NCBI GenBank assembly: GCA_943332515.1
Contig: CALQPR010000013.1
Span: 21,106-85,105 of the forward strand
DNA: 64,000 bases
Direction: 5' to 3'
DNA from: Pedosphaera parvula Ellin514
Lineage (GTDB): Bacteria; Verrucomicrobiota; Verrucomicrobiia; Limisphaerales; JADJPG01
The position numbers and the translations under genes are program-made. Shown in pieces: positions 20,503 through 30,891 of the stretch. How positions within the stretch are numbered: position 1 is the stretch's first letter; each line of letters begins with the position of its first letter. The notes beneath the pieces are model-generated. The model did no database searches. It was not told where the DNA came from and worked only from the letters and a program-made list of their open reading frames with translations.

Positions 20503-21926
20503 TGGCCTCGCACATGAACAAACTCCTGACGTTCTCGCGAAGAGATTTCCTGCGCCGGACCGGCATGGGCATCGGCTCGCTCGCGTTTCTGGATCTGATG
20601 AGTCGTGAAGCCAGCGCCGGGGGCAATCCGCTGGCGCCGGTCGCGCCCCATCACGCTCCAAAAGCCCGGGCGGTCATCTCGCTCTTCATGCACGGCGGCC
20701 CGAGCCAGGTGGACACGTTCGATCCCAAGCCGTTGCTGGTGAAATATGCGGGACAGACGCTGCCAGCGAGCTTCGCGAACCTGAATCTGGAGTTCACAAA
20801 AACCAGCACGGCGAAGGTGCTCGCCAGTAAACGGACGTTTAAGAAGTGCGGGAAGTCCGGGCTCGAGATGTCGGATATTTTTGAGCACCTGCCTGGTGTC
20901 GCTGATGAACTGGCCGTGATCCGGAGCTGCCATCACACCGAGTTTAACCACGCCCCCGCGCTCTACATGGCACACTCCGGCGCGCGCCTGATGGGTCGGC
21001 CGAGCCTCGGGGCCTGGGCGATGTATGGTTTGGGCTCCGCGTCCGAGAACCTCCCGGGCTACGTGGTGATGCGCGACGGCCCGTTGAAAGGAGGACCGAT
21101 GACCTACGGCAACGGATTTCTGCCGGCGATTTACTCCGCGACGGAATTGCGCATGAGCGGCACGCCGATCCTTTACCTCGACAAGCCCGATACGATCAGT
21201 GGTGACGACCAGCGTCGCGTTCTCGATTTTTCACAGAAGCTCAACCGCCAGTATCTCGCCGCGCAAAACGAAGACGGCAATCTCTCCGCCCGCATCGCCG
21301 CCTACGAGCTCGCCTACCGCATGCAGTCCGCCGCGCCCGAGGCCGTGGACCTGAGCAAAGAGTCGGACAGCGTGAAGTCGCTCTACGGGCTGGACCACGA
21401 CGTCACGCGCCCCTTCGGCACGCAATGCCTCAATGCTCGGCGGCTGGTCGAGCGCGGTGTGCGTTTCGTGCAGCTTTACCATGGCGGCGGTGGCGACGGC
21501 TGGGACACGCACGGCGGCAACGACGCCAAACACGTCCGCAACGGCAAACAGATCGACAAGCCCATCGCCGGACTGATCTCTGACCTAAAGTCCCGGGGCC
21601 TGCTCGATTCCACTCTGATCATCTGGGGAGGCGAATTCGGACGCACGCCGACCTCAGAAGGTTCCGATGGCCGCGACCACAGCCCCTACGGCTATTCCGT
21701 CTGGATGGCTGGGGGCGGCATCAAAGGCGGCACCGTCTTTGGCGCGACGGATGATTTTGGATTCAAGGCAGTGGAGAACCCGGTCCAGGTGCGGGACCTG
21801 CACGCGACGATTCTGCATCTGCTCGGACTGGAGCACGACAAGCTGACGTTCTACTTTCAGGGTCTCCAGCAACGGCTGACGCAGATCGACGGCGACAGCC
21901 GCGTCATCAAGGAAATTTTGGCGTGA
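20502..21926 (+). CDS. DUF1501 family protein (Tat-exported, sulfatase-like fold)
   Basis: ATG overlaps the upstream TGA; SRRDFL Tat motif; LFMHGGPSQVDTFDPKP, ARRLVERGVRFVQ, WGGEFGRTP, GRDH. Confidence 0.9.
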   Translation: MASHMNKLLTFSRRDFLRRTGMGIGSLAFLDLMSREASAGGNPLAPVAPHHAPKARAVISLFMHGGPSQVDTFDPKPLLVKYAGQTLPASFANLNLEFTKTSTAKVLASKRTFKKCGKSGLEMSDIFEHLPGVADELAVIRSCHHTEFNHAPALYMAHSGARLMGRPSLGAWAMYGLGSASENLPGYVVMRDGPLKGGPMTYGNGFLPAIYSATELRMSGTPILYLDKPDTISGDDQRRVLDFSQKLNRQYLAAQNEDGNLSARIAAYELAYRMQSAAPEAVDLSKESDSVKSLYGLDHDVTRPFGTQCLNARRLVERGVRFVQLYHGGGGDGWDTHGGNDAKHVRNGKQIDKPIAGLISDLKSRGLLDSTLIIWGGEFGRTPTSEGSDGRDHSPYGYSVWMAGGGIKGGTVFGATDDFGFKAVENPVQVRDLHATILHLLGLEHDKLTFYFQGLQQRLTQIDGDSRVIKEILA

Positions 21927-21959
21927 AAGCGAAACCCAACTGCTGGAACCTCTGACGAT

Positions 21960-24431
21960 ATGCGCTGCTTTGCATTGCTCCTGATCGGTCTGCTTTCCGC
22001 CGCCTCCGCCGCGGAGCCGACAAAGACGCCGCCGGATTTGACCGTGACCAATTGGTCTGATCGCAAGCTTACCTACAATCTCGGTGCCACTGGAATGCGC
22101 GGCTGGATTTACACCAAGGCCGCCAACTTCTTCGAGAGCCAGCAGGGCAGGACGACGACGGCGAGCCGGCAGATTCTGGTGACGCATGTCGGGGAGAAAA
22201 CGCCGGCGGATGGTGCGATGCGCGTGGATGACGTCATCGTCGGAGTGGGCGGCCAGTTGTTCACCAACGACGCGCGCAAGAGCTTCGCCCGGTCAATCCA
22301 GGAAGCGGAGATGGAATCCAATGGCGGCGTGTTGAAACTGACTCGCTGGCGCGCCGGCCAAACCAACGAGGTGCAACTGAAGCTGCGCGTGATGGGCACC
22401 TACAGCGACACCGCGCCCTACAATTGTCCCAAGTCGAAACTCATCTTTGAGGATGCCTGCAAGGTGTTGGAGAAGGAGTCGCTGACGGATGACCTTTGGG
22501 GCGCGGTGAACTGCCTCGCGCTGATGGCGACGGGCAACCCGGATTACCTGCCTCGAGTGCAAGCCTACGCCCGGAAGATCGCACCGCCGACGTTGAAGCT
22601 GACCTTGAAGAGCGGGATGGTGACGTGGGACTGGGGTTACAGGAATCTCTTCCTCACCGAGTATTATCTGCTGACTGGAGACAAGGAAGTGCTGCCGGCC
22701 ATTCGTGAATACACTGTCTCGCTCGCGAGAGGGCAGAGCATGTACGGGACGTTCGGGCACGGCATTTCCGCGCTGACGCCCAAGGGCGATCTCCACGGCT
22801 CCGTGCCTCCCTATGGTCCGGTGAATGCGGCGGGACTGGTCGCCAACCTCGCGATCGTCATGGGCAAGAAGTGTGGCGTGAATGATTCCGAGATCGATCC
22901 AGCGATTGAGCGGGCGTCAAAGTTCTTCGGCTACTTCGTGGACAAGGGGGCAATTCCGTACGGCGAACATATGCCGTGGGCAAACCACGATAACAACGGC
23001 AAGAACGCGATGGCGGCGATGTTGTTCGCCGTGCAAGGAGACCGGGTTAAGGAATCACAGTTCTTTGCGAAGATGGTTACTGCGTCCTACCAAAACCGCG
23101 AATACGGCCACACGGGCCAGGGCTTCAGCTATCTGTGGGGCGCGTTGGGAGCCAATGCCGGCGGGCCGGAAGCGACGACGGCTTTCTTCAAGGAAGCTTC
23201 CTGGCACTTCGATCTCGTGCGCCGCAGCGATGGGTCTTTCACCTACGACGGCGGTGAGCAATACGGACCTGGACGAACGGACGACAACACTTACTTCGGC
23301 CAGAGCAGTTACTATGGATTGAGCCCCGCGGCGACGTATGTCCTCACATATGCGCTGCCGCTGAAGAAGATTTGTCTTACGGGGCGTGATGCGAATCAAA
23401 AGAACTGGCTCACGAAGAAAGACGTGGCGGGAGCTGTCGCATCCGGCCGCTTCGATCTGGATCGCAAGGCGAAGAGCATGGATGAGTTGCTGGCGGCTCT
23501 TGGTGACTGGTCGCCGGTGGCGAGCAGTTGGGCGGCGGAAGAGCTGGCGAGGCGCCCTGAGCGGAAGGAACTCGTCGCACCCCTCATCGTCATGGCGGAA
23601 GGGCCGGACGCCCGGAAGCGTCAAGGCGCGGCAGAAGCGCTGGGCTACATCAAGAGCGCCGAGGCGTTGCCGGTGCTGGTGCGTTTGCTCACCCACGACG
23701 ATCGCTGGCTGCGCGTCAAAGCCGCGAACGCGCTCAAGAACATGGGCGACACCGCCAAGCCGGCCGTTCCCGGAATGCTGAAGGCGGTGGTCACGACGGC
23801 GGAGCCGGTGGAGCCTGTCGTGTGGGATGATCCGGTTCAGTTGACGCATGGCGAACTGGCTGCGGCCTTGTTTCAGGGACTGTTGCGCACGTCCATCAAG
23901 GGCATCGATCCCGAACTGCTTTATCCTGCGATCCGCGCCATCTCCCAGAACGCCGACGGCATGGCGCGGGCGACGCTCACGCGCACCTTCACCGAGCTGC
24001 TGACGCTGGAGGACGTGACAGCGCTCGCTCCCGACATTCTTGCCGCCATCCAGACACCGAGCCCGGCCGACACGATGTTCGGCAACGAGATTCGCATGGC
24101 GGGATTCCGGGCGCTGGCGAAGTATCAATTCAAGGAGGCCATCGCGGCCGGCGTCCACTTCGCGAAGACGCAGGGCGGACACGGGAGCGAAAGTCGCACG
24201 GGCGAAATCATGAAGCGGATCGTGACCTATGGCACGGCTGCGCGCGAAGCGATTCCCGGGTTGCGGGAGTTGATCGTTTCGCTCAACGAGCAATGCGACA
24301 AGGGCGAGTTCCCGAAAGGCGAACTCAACGACCGCCGGGTCAACGCGGTCAAGGACGCCATCAAATCCATCGAAGCCGCGACCACGCAGCCGGAGTTGCG
24401 GAACATTGCGCCGGTGCAGCCAAGGCCCTGA
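21960..24431 (+). CDS. DUF6288-like secreted protein with N-terminal PDZ-like region and HEAT repeats
   Basis: YNLGATGMRGWI, VGEKTPADG..DVIVGV, HTGQGFSYLWG; HEAT repeats (AAEALGYI, LRVKAANALKNMG). Confidence 0.72.
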   Translation: MRCFALLLIGLLSAASAAEPTKTPPDLTVTNWSDRKLTYNLGATGMRGWIYTKAANFFESQQGRTTTASRQILVTHVGEKTPADGAMRVDDVIVGVGGQLFTNDARKSFARSIQEAEMESNGGVLKLTRWRAGQTNEVQLKLRVMGTYSDTAPYNCPKSKLIFEDACKVLEKESLTDDLWGAVNCLALMATGNPDYLPRVQAYARKIAPPTLKLTLKSGMVTWDWGYRNLFLTEYYLLTGDKEVLPAIREYTVSLARGQSMYGTFGHGISALTPKGDLHGSVPPYGPVNAAGLVANLAIVMGKKCGVNDSEIDPAIERASKFFGYFVDKGAIPYGEHMPWANHDNNGKNAMAAMLFAVQGDRVKESQFFAKMVTASYQNREYGHTGQGFSYLWGALGANAGGPEATTAFFKEASWHFDLVRRSDGSFTYDGGEQYGPGRTDDNTYFGQSSYYGLSPAATYVLTYALPLKKICLTGRDANQKNWLTKKDVAGAVASGRFDLDRKAKSMDELLAALGDWSPVASSWAAEELARRPERKELVAPLIVMAEGPDARKRQGAAEALGYIKSAEALPVLVRLLTHDDRWLRVKAANALKNMGDTAKPAVPGMLKAVVTTAEPVEPVVWDDPVQLTHGELAAALFQGLLRTSIKGIDPELLYPAIRAISQNADGMARATLTRTFTELLTLEDVTALAPDILAAIQTPSPADTMFGNEIRMAGFRALAKYQFKEAIAAGVHFAKTQGGHGSESRTGEIMKRIVTYGTAAREAIPGLRELIVSLNEQCDKGEFPKGELNDRRVNAVKDAIKSIEAATTQPELRNIAPVQPRP

Positions 24432-24447
24432 GTAATTGATTGATGCC

Positions 24448-26046
24448 ATGAACACGCCGCCACACGTCTCCAGACTTGGGTTCCTCATCGCCTTCGCCCT
24501 CGCGTTGCCTTGCCTGAACTCAGCAGCAGCCAGCCATCAAACGAATTCCGTCGAAGGCTGGCGCGTGCTGGTCAATGAGAGGCTGCTCAAGGAGGAGAAG
24601 GCCGCCACGGAGAAGGCGCTGGAACTTTCGCGCGTGCAGTTGCTGGAGATTATCCGCGTGGTGCCCGCTCCGGCCGTGGCGAAGTTGCGTGAAGTGCCTC
24701 TGTGGTTTTCGCCCGCGTATCCCGGGGTGAAGCCGAGCGCGGAATATCATCCCGGCGCGGGTTGGTTGCGTGACAACGGGCGTGATCCAGCGATGGCCAA
24801 GGCGGTGGAGATTACCGACGTGCGCGATTTCGAGGCCGAGATGAAGCGGATGCCCAACTTTATCCTGCACGAACTCGCGCACGGCTATCATGACCGCGTG
24901 CTGCCGCACGGGTTCGGCAATCCCGAGATCAAGGCCGCCTACGATCGCGCGAAGGCGAGCGGGTCCTATGACAAGGTTGAGCGCTGGTTCGGCAACGGAC
25001 GGCCCAATACGAAGGAGAAGGCTTACGCGATGACCAGCCCGATGGAATACTTCGCCGAGTCAACGGAGGCGTTCTTCTCGCGCAACGATTTCTTTCCCTT
25101 CACGCGCGCTGAGTTGAAGCAGCACGACCCCGAGATGGAGAAGTTGCTGGAGCGGTTGTGGGGTTCCTCCGCTCCATCCACCAAGACGAGCCAGGTGAAG
25201 CCGCCACCGGCCGAGCTCAAGGTGCCCGCGTTCTACACAAAATATCTGGAGGCGGACGGCTACCCCATCGTGGCTTCAGAGAAGGTGAACGATTACGCGC
25301 TCAAGGAAGCCGCCTATCTCGTCAATCTCATGCTCGCCAAACGGCCCGACGTGCGCGCGGCCATGATCAAAAGCGGCTCGCGCCTGTGCATCATCGCGCA
25401 CAATGAATTCACCACCGACCTGCCGGAGTGGGCAAAGATGACGCCCAAAGATTATTGGGACGCCCGCGCCCGCGGCATGGGCGGCTCGGCCGACGATCCG
25501 CTCTGTTCCTGCGGCGAGGAGAACCTGCTCGCCTTCCCCGGCGATCCTTATGCGGCGGAAAATATTCTCATCCACGAGTTCGCGCATAACATCCACCTGC
25601 GCGGGATGATGAATGTGGACCCGACCTTTGATCCGCGCGTGCAGGCAGCCTATGACTCGGCGATGAAGGCGGGCTTGTGGAAAGGCAAATACGCGTCCGT
25701 GAATCATCACGAATACTTTGCCGAGGGCGTGCAGTCGTGGTTCGACAACAACCGCGTGAACGACCACGATCACAACCATGTTCATCTGCGCTCGCAGCTT
25801 CTCGAATATGACCCCGGCCTGGCCTCGCTATGCCGGGAAGTGTTTGGCGACACCGAGTTGAAATATGCCAAGCCCACGACCCGGCTCCGCGATCACCTTG
25901 AAGGCTACGACCCCGCGACCGCACCCAAATTTACCTGGCCCGAACGCCTGACGAAGGTGAAGGCCGAAATCAAACAAAAGGCCCAGGCCCGAAGCGATGC
26001 CGCAGAGAAAAGCACGACGGCGACATCGAAGGAGCCCGCCAAGTAA
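24448..26046 (+). CDS. Secreted zinc metallopeptidase with two HExxH domains
   Basis: ILHELAHGY...EYFAESTEAFF and LIHEFAHNI...EYFAEGVQSWF; both domains end in a (H/Y)DP motif; signal peptide. Confidence 0.8.
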   Translation: MNTPPHVSRLGFLIAFALALPCLNSAAASHQTNSVEGWRVLVNERLLKEEKAATEKALELSRVQLLEIIRVVPAPAVAKLREVPLWFSPAYPGVKPSAEYHPGAGWLRDNGRDPAMAKAVEITDVRDFEAEMKRMPNFILHELAHGYHDRVLPHGFGNPEIKAAYDRAKASGSYDKVERWFGNGRPNTKEKAYAMTSPMEYFAESTEAFFSRNDFFPFTRAELKQHDPEMEKLLERLWGSSAPSTKTSQVKPPPAELKVPAFYTKYLEADGYPIVASEKVNDYALKEAAYLVNLMLAKRPDVRAAMIKSGSRLCIIAHNEFTTDLPEWAKMTPKDYWDARARGMGGSADDPLCSCGEENLLAFPGDPYAAENILIHEFAHNIHLRGMMNVDPTFDPRVQAAYDSAMKAGLWKGKYASVNHHEYFAEGVQSWFDNNRVNDHDHNHVHLRSQLLEYDPGLASLCREVFGDTELKYAKPTTRLRDHLEGYDPATAPKFTWPERLTKVKAEIKQKAQARSDAAEKSTTATSKEPAK

Positions 26047-26079
26047 TCTTCCCTCACCATTCCCAGATCCATCACATCC

Positions 26080-27183
26080 ATGAAAATCACCCGCATCTTT
26101 GCCCATCGCGTCGAACTCCCGCTCTACGAAACAACTTACAAATGGTCCGGCGGCAAGTCCGTCACCGTCTTCGATAGCACCATCGTCGGCGTCGAGACGG
26201 ACACCGGCCTCATTGGTTACGGCGAGGTCTGTCCGCTCGGGCCGTTCTATCTCCCCGCGTATGCGGAAGGCGTGCGCGCTGGTCTGCGCGAACTCGGGCC
26301 GCACTTGCTCGGTGAAGATCCGCGCCAGCTCGTGAAGCTCAACCGCACGATGGACGCCGCTCTCAAGGGCCATCCCTACGTGAAGAGCGGCCTCGACATC
26401 GCGTGCTGGGATATCCTCGGCCAGGCGACTGGAATGCCCGTGTGCGAACTGCTCGGCGGGCGTTACGGCGAGGACGTGCATCTCTATCGCGCCATCTCGC
26501 AGGAATCGCCGGAGCAGATGGCCGCGAAGGTCGCGGGCTATCGCGCCGAAGGCTATCGGCGTTTCCAACTCAAGGTCGGCGGCGATCCTGATACGGACAT
26601 CGCGCGCATCTTTGCCGTGGCGGCGAAGCTTCAGCCGGGCGACCGGCTCGTGGCCGACGCCAACACCGGCTGGGTGCAGCACGAAGCCGTGCGCATCGCC
26701 AAGGCCGTGCGCGACGTGGATGTTTACATCGAGCAGCCGTGCCTGACTTACGAGGAATGTCTCGCCGTTCGCCGTCAGATTCCGCACCCGTTCGTGCTGG
26801 ATGAAAACATCGACGACCTCGGCATCCTGCTTCGCGCGAAGGCCGATCTCGCGATGGACGTGGTGAACTTGAAGATTAGCAAGCTCGGCGGTCTCACGAA
26901 AATCAAACAGGCCCGCGACCTCTGCGTGAGCATGGGCATCGGCATGACGCTGGAAGATTCCTGGGGCGGCGACATCGCCACCGCCGCCATCGCGCATCTC
27001 GCGCACAGCACACCCACGGAGTTTCTCTTCAGCACCACGGACTTCAACAGCTACGTCACTGTCAGCACCGCCGATGGCGCACCGCAGCGCGTGAACGGCC
27101 GCATGGCCGCCTCGAAGTCCCCCGGCCTCGGCATCCAGCCGAAGATGGATGTGCTTGGGAAACGTGTTGTGGTCGTCGAATAA
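26080..27183 (+). CDS. Mandelate racemase/muconate lactonizing enzyme family, probable cis-3-hydroxy-L-proline dehydratase / hydroxyproline-betaine epimerase subgroup
   Basis: [44 protein letters not shown] and N-terminal [12 protein letters not shown] match that subgroup as I recall it. Confidence 0.82.
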   Translation: MKITRIFAHRVELPLYETTYKWSGGKSVTVFDSTIVGVETDTGLIGYGEVCPLGPFYLPAYAEGVRAGLRELGPHLLGEDPRQLVKLNRTMDAALKGHPYVKSGLDIACWDILGQATGMPVCELLGGRYGEDVHLYRAISQESPEQMAAKVAGYRAEGYRRFQLKVGGDPDTDIARIFAVAAKLQPGDRLVADANTGWVQHEAVRIAKAVRDVDVYIEQPCLTYEECLAVRRQIPHPFVLDENIDDLGILLRAKADLAMDVVNLKISKLGGLTKIKQARDLCVSMGIGMTLEDSWGGDIATAAIAHLAHSTPTEFLFSTTDFNSYVTVSTADGAPQRVNGRMAASKSPGLGIQPKMDVLGKRVVVVE

Positions 27184-27195
27184 ACCGCCACCGCC

Positions 27196-29361
27196 ATGAA
27201 GCTTCTCCTTGCCGCAGCTCTCACGCTCGTCAGCACCACCGTTTTCGCCGCTGCGCCGCCTTATCTGAAGATGGATTACGGGCCGGCGCTTTTTTGGACG
27301 TATCAAGTTGCGCCGGGCAACATCGCCCAGAAGGGCATCGCGGTTCGCCTCGATGACGGCCCCGGCGGCGTGAGCAAAGGTCGAGCGTGGATGGTGTATG
27401 ACCATGACACGATGCGCGTGGCGGCGGCGACCACGGGTGATTTCGTGGATTGGAAGGGCATCGCCTTCGATGCCAGCCACGGCACGCACACGAGCCTCAA
27501 GGGCGAGCGGCACTTCGTGAATCCCGTCGGCCCCGGCTGGGCGTCGCCGGAAGGAAAATGGGATGACGCACGCGTGGTGGGCCGCGACAAACGGATGTTC
27601 GGTCCGCTGCCGCGTGAGTGGGCGCATTACGAAGGAATGTATTTGCAGGGCAGCAAGGTGGTCATCGCGGCGAGCATCGGCGGGACGCGCGTGCTCGAAT
27701 CGCCGGGTTGGATCGACCACGGCTCCAACGCGGTCTTCACCCGCACGCTGAATGTCGGTGCGGCGAAGAAGCCGTTGCTGCTGCGCGTCGCGCCGGACTC
27801 GGTGAACGTTGCGCTCTCCGGCAATGGCTCGATTCGCAAAGAGGGCGGCTTCTGGATCGCGGAACTCCCCGGTGCGGCGAAGACGAGGCTCTTCATTTCG
27901 CGAGCCGATGAACCGTCACTCGCCAAGCTGGTGAAAACTTCCACCGCATCTCTCGGCCTCGAACCGCTGACCCACGGTGGACCGGCACGCTGGGCTCAGG
28001 AAGTCACGACGACTTCGGTGGCCGGCAAAGCGGACGGCGCGTTCATCGCCGACACGTTCACGCTGCCAGCTGAGAATCCCTGGCAAAGCTGGATGCGGCC
28101 CGGAGGCTTTGATTTCACGCCGGACGGCAAGGCCGCCATCGTAGCCACTTGGAACGGCGACGTCTGGCGTGTGGATGGCGTCATGGCGGCTGCGCCCGCC
28201 CCGCTGCGCTGGCGGCGTATCGCGAGCGGACTCTTCCAACCGCTCGGCGTGAAGTTTCGCGGCGACGAATTGTTCATCACCTGCCGCGATCAGTTGGTGC
28301 GACTGCGCGATCTGAATGGCGATGGCGAGACGGACTTCATCGAGAGCTTCAACAACGACCATCAGGTCACCGAGCACTTCCACGAATTCGCGATGGGCTT
28401 GCAGACGGATGCGGCGGGAAATTTCTATTATGCCAAGTCCGCCCGCCACGCGCTGCCCGCGCTCGTGCCGCATCACGGCACGCTGCTGCGCGTGAGTGCC
28501 GACGGCCAGCGCACCGACATTATCGCCAATGGATTTCGCGCCGCGAACGGCGTCTGCCTCAATGACGATGGCACCTTCTTCGTCACCGACCAGGAAGGCC
28601 ATTGGACGCCGAAGAACCGCATCAATCGCGTGAGGCCCGGCGGCTTTTACGGCAATATGTTCAGCTACACCGACCGGACCAACACGGCTGACTCCGCGAT
28701 GGAGCCGCCGATGGTGTGGATCACGAATGCCAAGGACCGCAGCCCGGCGGAGCTGCTCTGGGTGCCGAAGAATGCCTGGGGTTCGCTCGGCGGCTCGTTG
28801 CTCAATCTCAGCTATGGCATGGGCCGCGCCTACATCGTGCCGCACGAGGAAGTCGGTGGCCAATGGCAGGGTGCGGTCTGCGAGCTGCCGCTGCCGGGCT
28901 TCGCGACCGGCATCATGCGCGGACGTTTCGCCGCTGATGGCGCGCTCTATACGTGCGGCATGTTCGGCTGGGCGGGCAACGCTGCGGCGCCGGGAGGATT
29001 TCATCGCATCCGTCGCAACGAAAAACCTGCGAACGTCCCGCTCGCCATCCACGCCGCGAGGGGTGCGCTGTCCGTGACCTTCAGCGACCCGCTCGATCCC
29101 GCCAGCGTGAAGCCCGACGCGTTCGCGCTCAAAGTCTGGTCGCTCAAACGCAGCGCCAGCTACGGCTCCAATCATTACGACGAGCATCCGCTCGAAATCA
29201 CCGGCGCGCGCATCAGCGCCGACGGCCGCACGGTGACGCTCGGCATCCCGACGCTCGCGCCCACTCAGTGCTACGAACTTAAAGTGAATCTCCAGGCCCC
29301 CGACGGCGCGATCATCGCCCGCTCCCTGCACGGGACGATTCATCAGCTTGGTGACAAATGA
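27196..29361 (+). CDS. DUF6797-like domain + sorbosone dehydrogenase-like beta-propeller protein
   Basis: MDYGPAL...KGIAVRLDDGPGGVSKG; GLFQPLG, DLNGDGETD, HFHEFAMGL, GFRAANG, TDQEGHW; no CxxCH. Confidence 0.78.
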   Translation: MKLLLAAALTLVSTTVFAAAPPYLKMDYGPALFWTYQVAPGNIAQKGIAVRLDDGPGGVSKGRAWMVYDHDTMRVAAATTGDFVDWKGIAFDASHGTHTSLKGERHFVNPVGPGWASPEGKWDDARVVGRDKRMFGPLPREWAHYEGMYLQGSKVVIAASIGGTRVLESPGWIDHGSNAVFTRTLNVGAAKKPLLLRVAPDSVNVALSGNGSIRKEGGFWIAELPGAAKTRLFISRADEPSLAKLVKTSTASLGLEPLTHGGPARWAQEVTTTSVAGKADGAFIADTFTLPAENPWQSWMRPGGFDFTPDGKAAIVATWNGDVWRVDGVMAAAPAPLRWRRIASGLFQPLGVKFRGDELFITCRDQLVRLRDLNGDGETDFIESFNNDHQVTEHFHEFAMGLQTDAAGNFYYAKSARHALPALVPHHGTLLRVSADGQRTDIIANGFRAANGVCLNDDGTFFVTDQEGHWTPKNRINRVRPGGFYGNMFSYTDRTNTADSAMEPPMVWITNAKDRSPAELLWVPKNAWGSLGGSLLNLSYGMGRAYIVPHEEVGGQWQGAVCELPLPGFATGIMRGRFAADGALYTCGMFGWAGNAAAPGGFHRIRRNEKPANVPLAIHAARGALSVTFSDPLDPASVKPDAFALKVWSLKRSASYGSNHYDEHPLEITGARISADGRTVTLGIPTLAPTQCYELKVNLQAPDGAIIARSLHGTIHQLGDK

Positions 29362-29500
29362 CGATCACCCTCGCGCCGCTCACCGTCATTTCTGACGCGC
29401 CGGCATTCCTCGGAGAATGCTGCGTGAGAAACACTTTGAGGCAGTCAAACAAATTTGCGATCAGCGCTTTCGCCGGCGGGCCGAAGTAGTGAATGCCCCT

Positions 29501-30889
29501 TCATGCGCTCAACCGGCCAAGGCGCGCGGGGCGCAAACTCCGCCAGGCCCACGCGCCGAGCACGCCAGCGAGGGCGAGCATCCCGGCCAGGCTGGCCAGC
29601 ACGCGGCCCATCCAGATGCCGGCGGGTTCTTCGCGGAATTCAAAGCGCGGCAGGTTGTCGAGGTCGGCACTGGTGATTGGTTCGCGCTTGTGAATGCGCG
29701 GCGTGAAAAAAGCGGACACGGCCTGCCGCAGCCCGCCCACCTGTTCGCGGAAGGCGCGGTGGCGCCAGTAGCCGGTGCCGGCCAGATCGTTCAACGCCTC
29801 GTGCGCGGCGATGGCCGGCGAGACGAAGCGCCATTGCCCGACGGCGGTTTGCTGGCGGGCGAGTTGGGCGTCGAATTTCTGGCGCACCGGCTCGACGGCC
29901 CGGCCCACTTCGCTTTGCACGGTGAGATGTTGCGCGGCGAAATCCGCCTGCTGGCCGGGCGGGGCGAGTTCGGGATGGTCGCGGTAGAACGAGTTGAGCA
30001 ATTCGCCGCCGCGTTTTTCCGCATCGCCCGAGGCCTTGCGCCCTGCTGCCACGAGTTCGGGCCGCGACGGCGTGGGGTAAAGCGTTTCCACGGTCACGTT
30101 CAACAACGTCGGCGCCACGAGCACGAGCAAGACCCACGCGGCACCGAGAGCGGTCGCGGCACCGGCGGCGGTGCGCGCGATGGCGTTGACCGCCAGCGCG
30201 AGCGCCACCCAGAACAATCCGTAGGCGAGCACCACCGTCAGCGCGAGGGCGAGCCGCGTGCCCGCGCCGCCCGCGCCGCCGAAGAAACCCGCGGTCAGCG
30301 TGGCGAGGGCGGCGAGCGTCAGCATGGGCAGCGAACGGGCGAGGGCGCGGCGGGCCATCCAGCCCCAAGGCGCGATGCCTTGGGCCAGGGCCAGTCGTAG
30401 CGTGCCGGATTCGCGGTCGCCCGCCATCAGGTCGTAAACCAGCGCGAGAAGGAACAGCGGGAACAGCCAGACGAGAACGAACGCGAGGTCGAAGCGCCCG
30501 GCCACCAGATGCGACGGGTTCTCCAACTCAGAGCGGGTGTCGGCGGGCGCGGCGAGTTTCCAGAGGACGACGGTTTCATGGCTGGGTGACAGATCAGACT
30601 GGCCCGTGGCCAGCAACGGCAGCGGCGCGGCCGGCAGCACTGCGGTCGTTCCACGTCCGGCGATGGCTTTTGGGTCCACTGATTGTTTGCCCAGCACCTC
30701 GCGAAGCTGCGTTTGAAATTGCGCGGCGTCCTGCGTGAGCGCGGTGGCGGCTTCGCTTTGCCGATGCGCGAGGCGCGCACCGTTCCAGAGACCGTAGGCG
30801 AGCGCGGCGGCAAAGAGGCCGAGCAACACCCACGCGGCGCGTTCGCGCGCGAGCAGTCGGAGTTCGAGGCGGAAGAGATGCGAGGTCAT
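29501..30889 (-). CDS. ABC transporter permease, DUF3526 family
   Basis: Start MTSHLFRLELRLL; ENP...GRFDLAFVLVWLFPL, DRESGTLRLAL; multiple TM helices. Confidence 0.85.
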   Translation of the reverse strand: MTSHLFRLELRLLARERAAWVLLGLFAAALAYGLWNGARLAHRQSEAATALTQDAAQFQTQLREVLGKQSVDPKAIAGRGTTAVLPAAPLPLLATGQSDLSPSHETVVLWKLAAPADTRSELENPSHLVAGRFDLAFVLVWLFPLFLLALVYDLMAGDRESGTLRLALAQGIAPWGWMARRALARSLPMLTLAALATLTAGFFGGAGGAGTRLALALTVVLAYGLFWVALALAVNAIARTAAGAATALGAAWVLLVLVAPTLLNVTVETLYPTPSRPELVAAGRKASGDAEKRGGELLNSFYRDHPELAPPGQQADFAAQHLTVQSEVGRAVEPVRQKFDAQLARQQTAVGQWRFVSPAIAAHEALNDLAGTGYWRHRAFREQVGGLRQAVSAFFTPRIHKREPITSADLDNLPRFEFREEPAGIWMGRVLASLAGMLALAGVLGAWAWRSLRPARLGRLSA

Positions 30890-30891
30890 GA

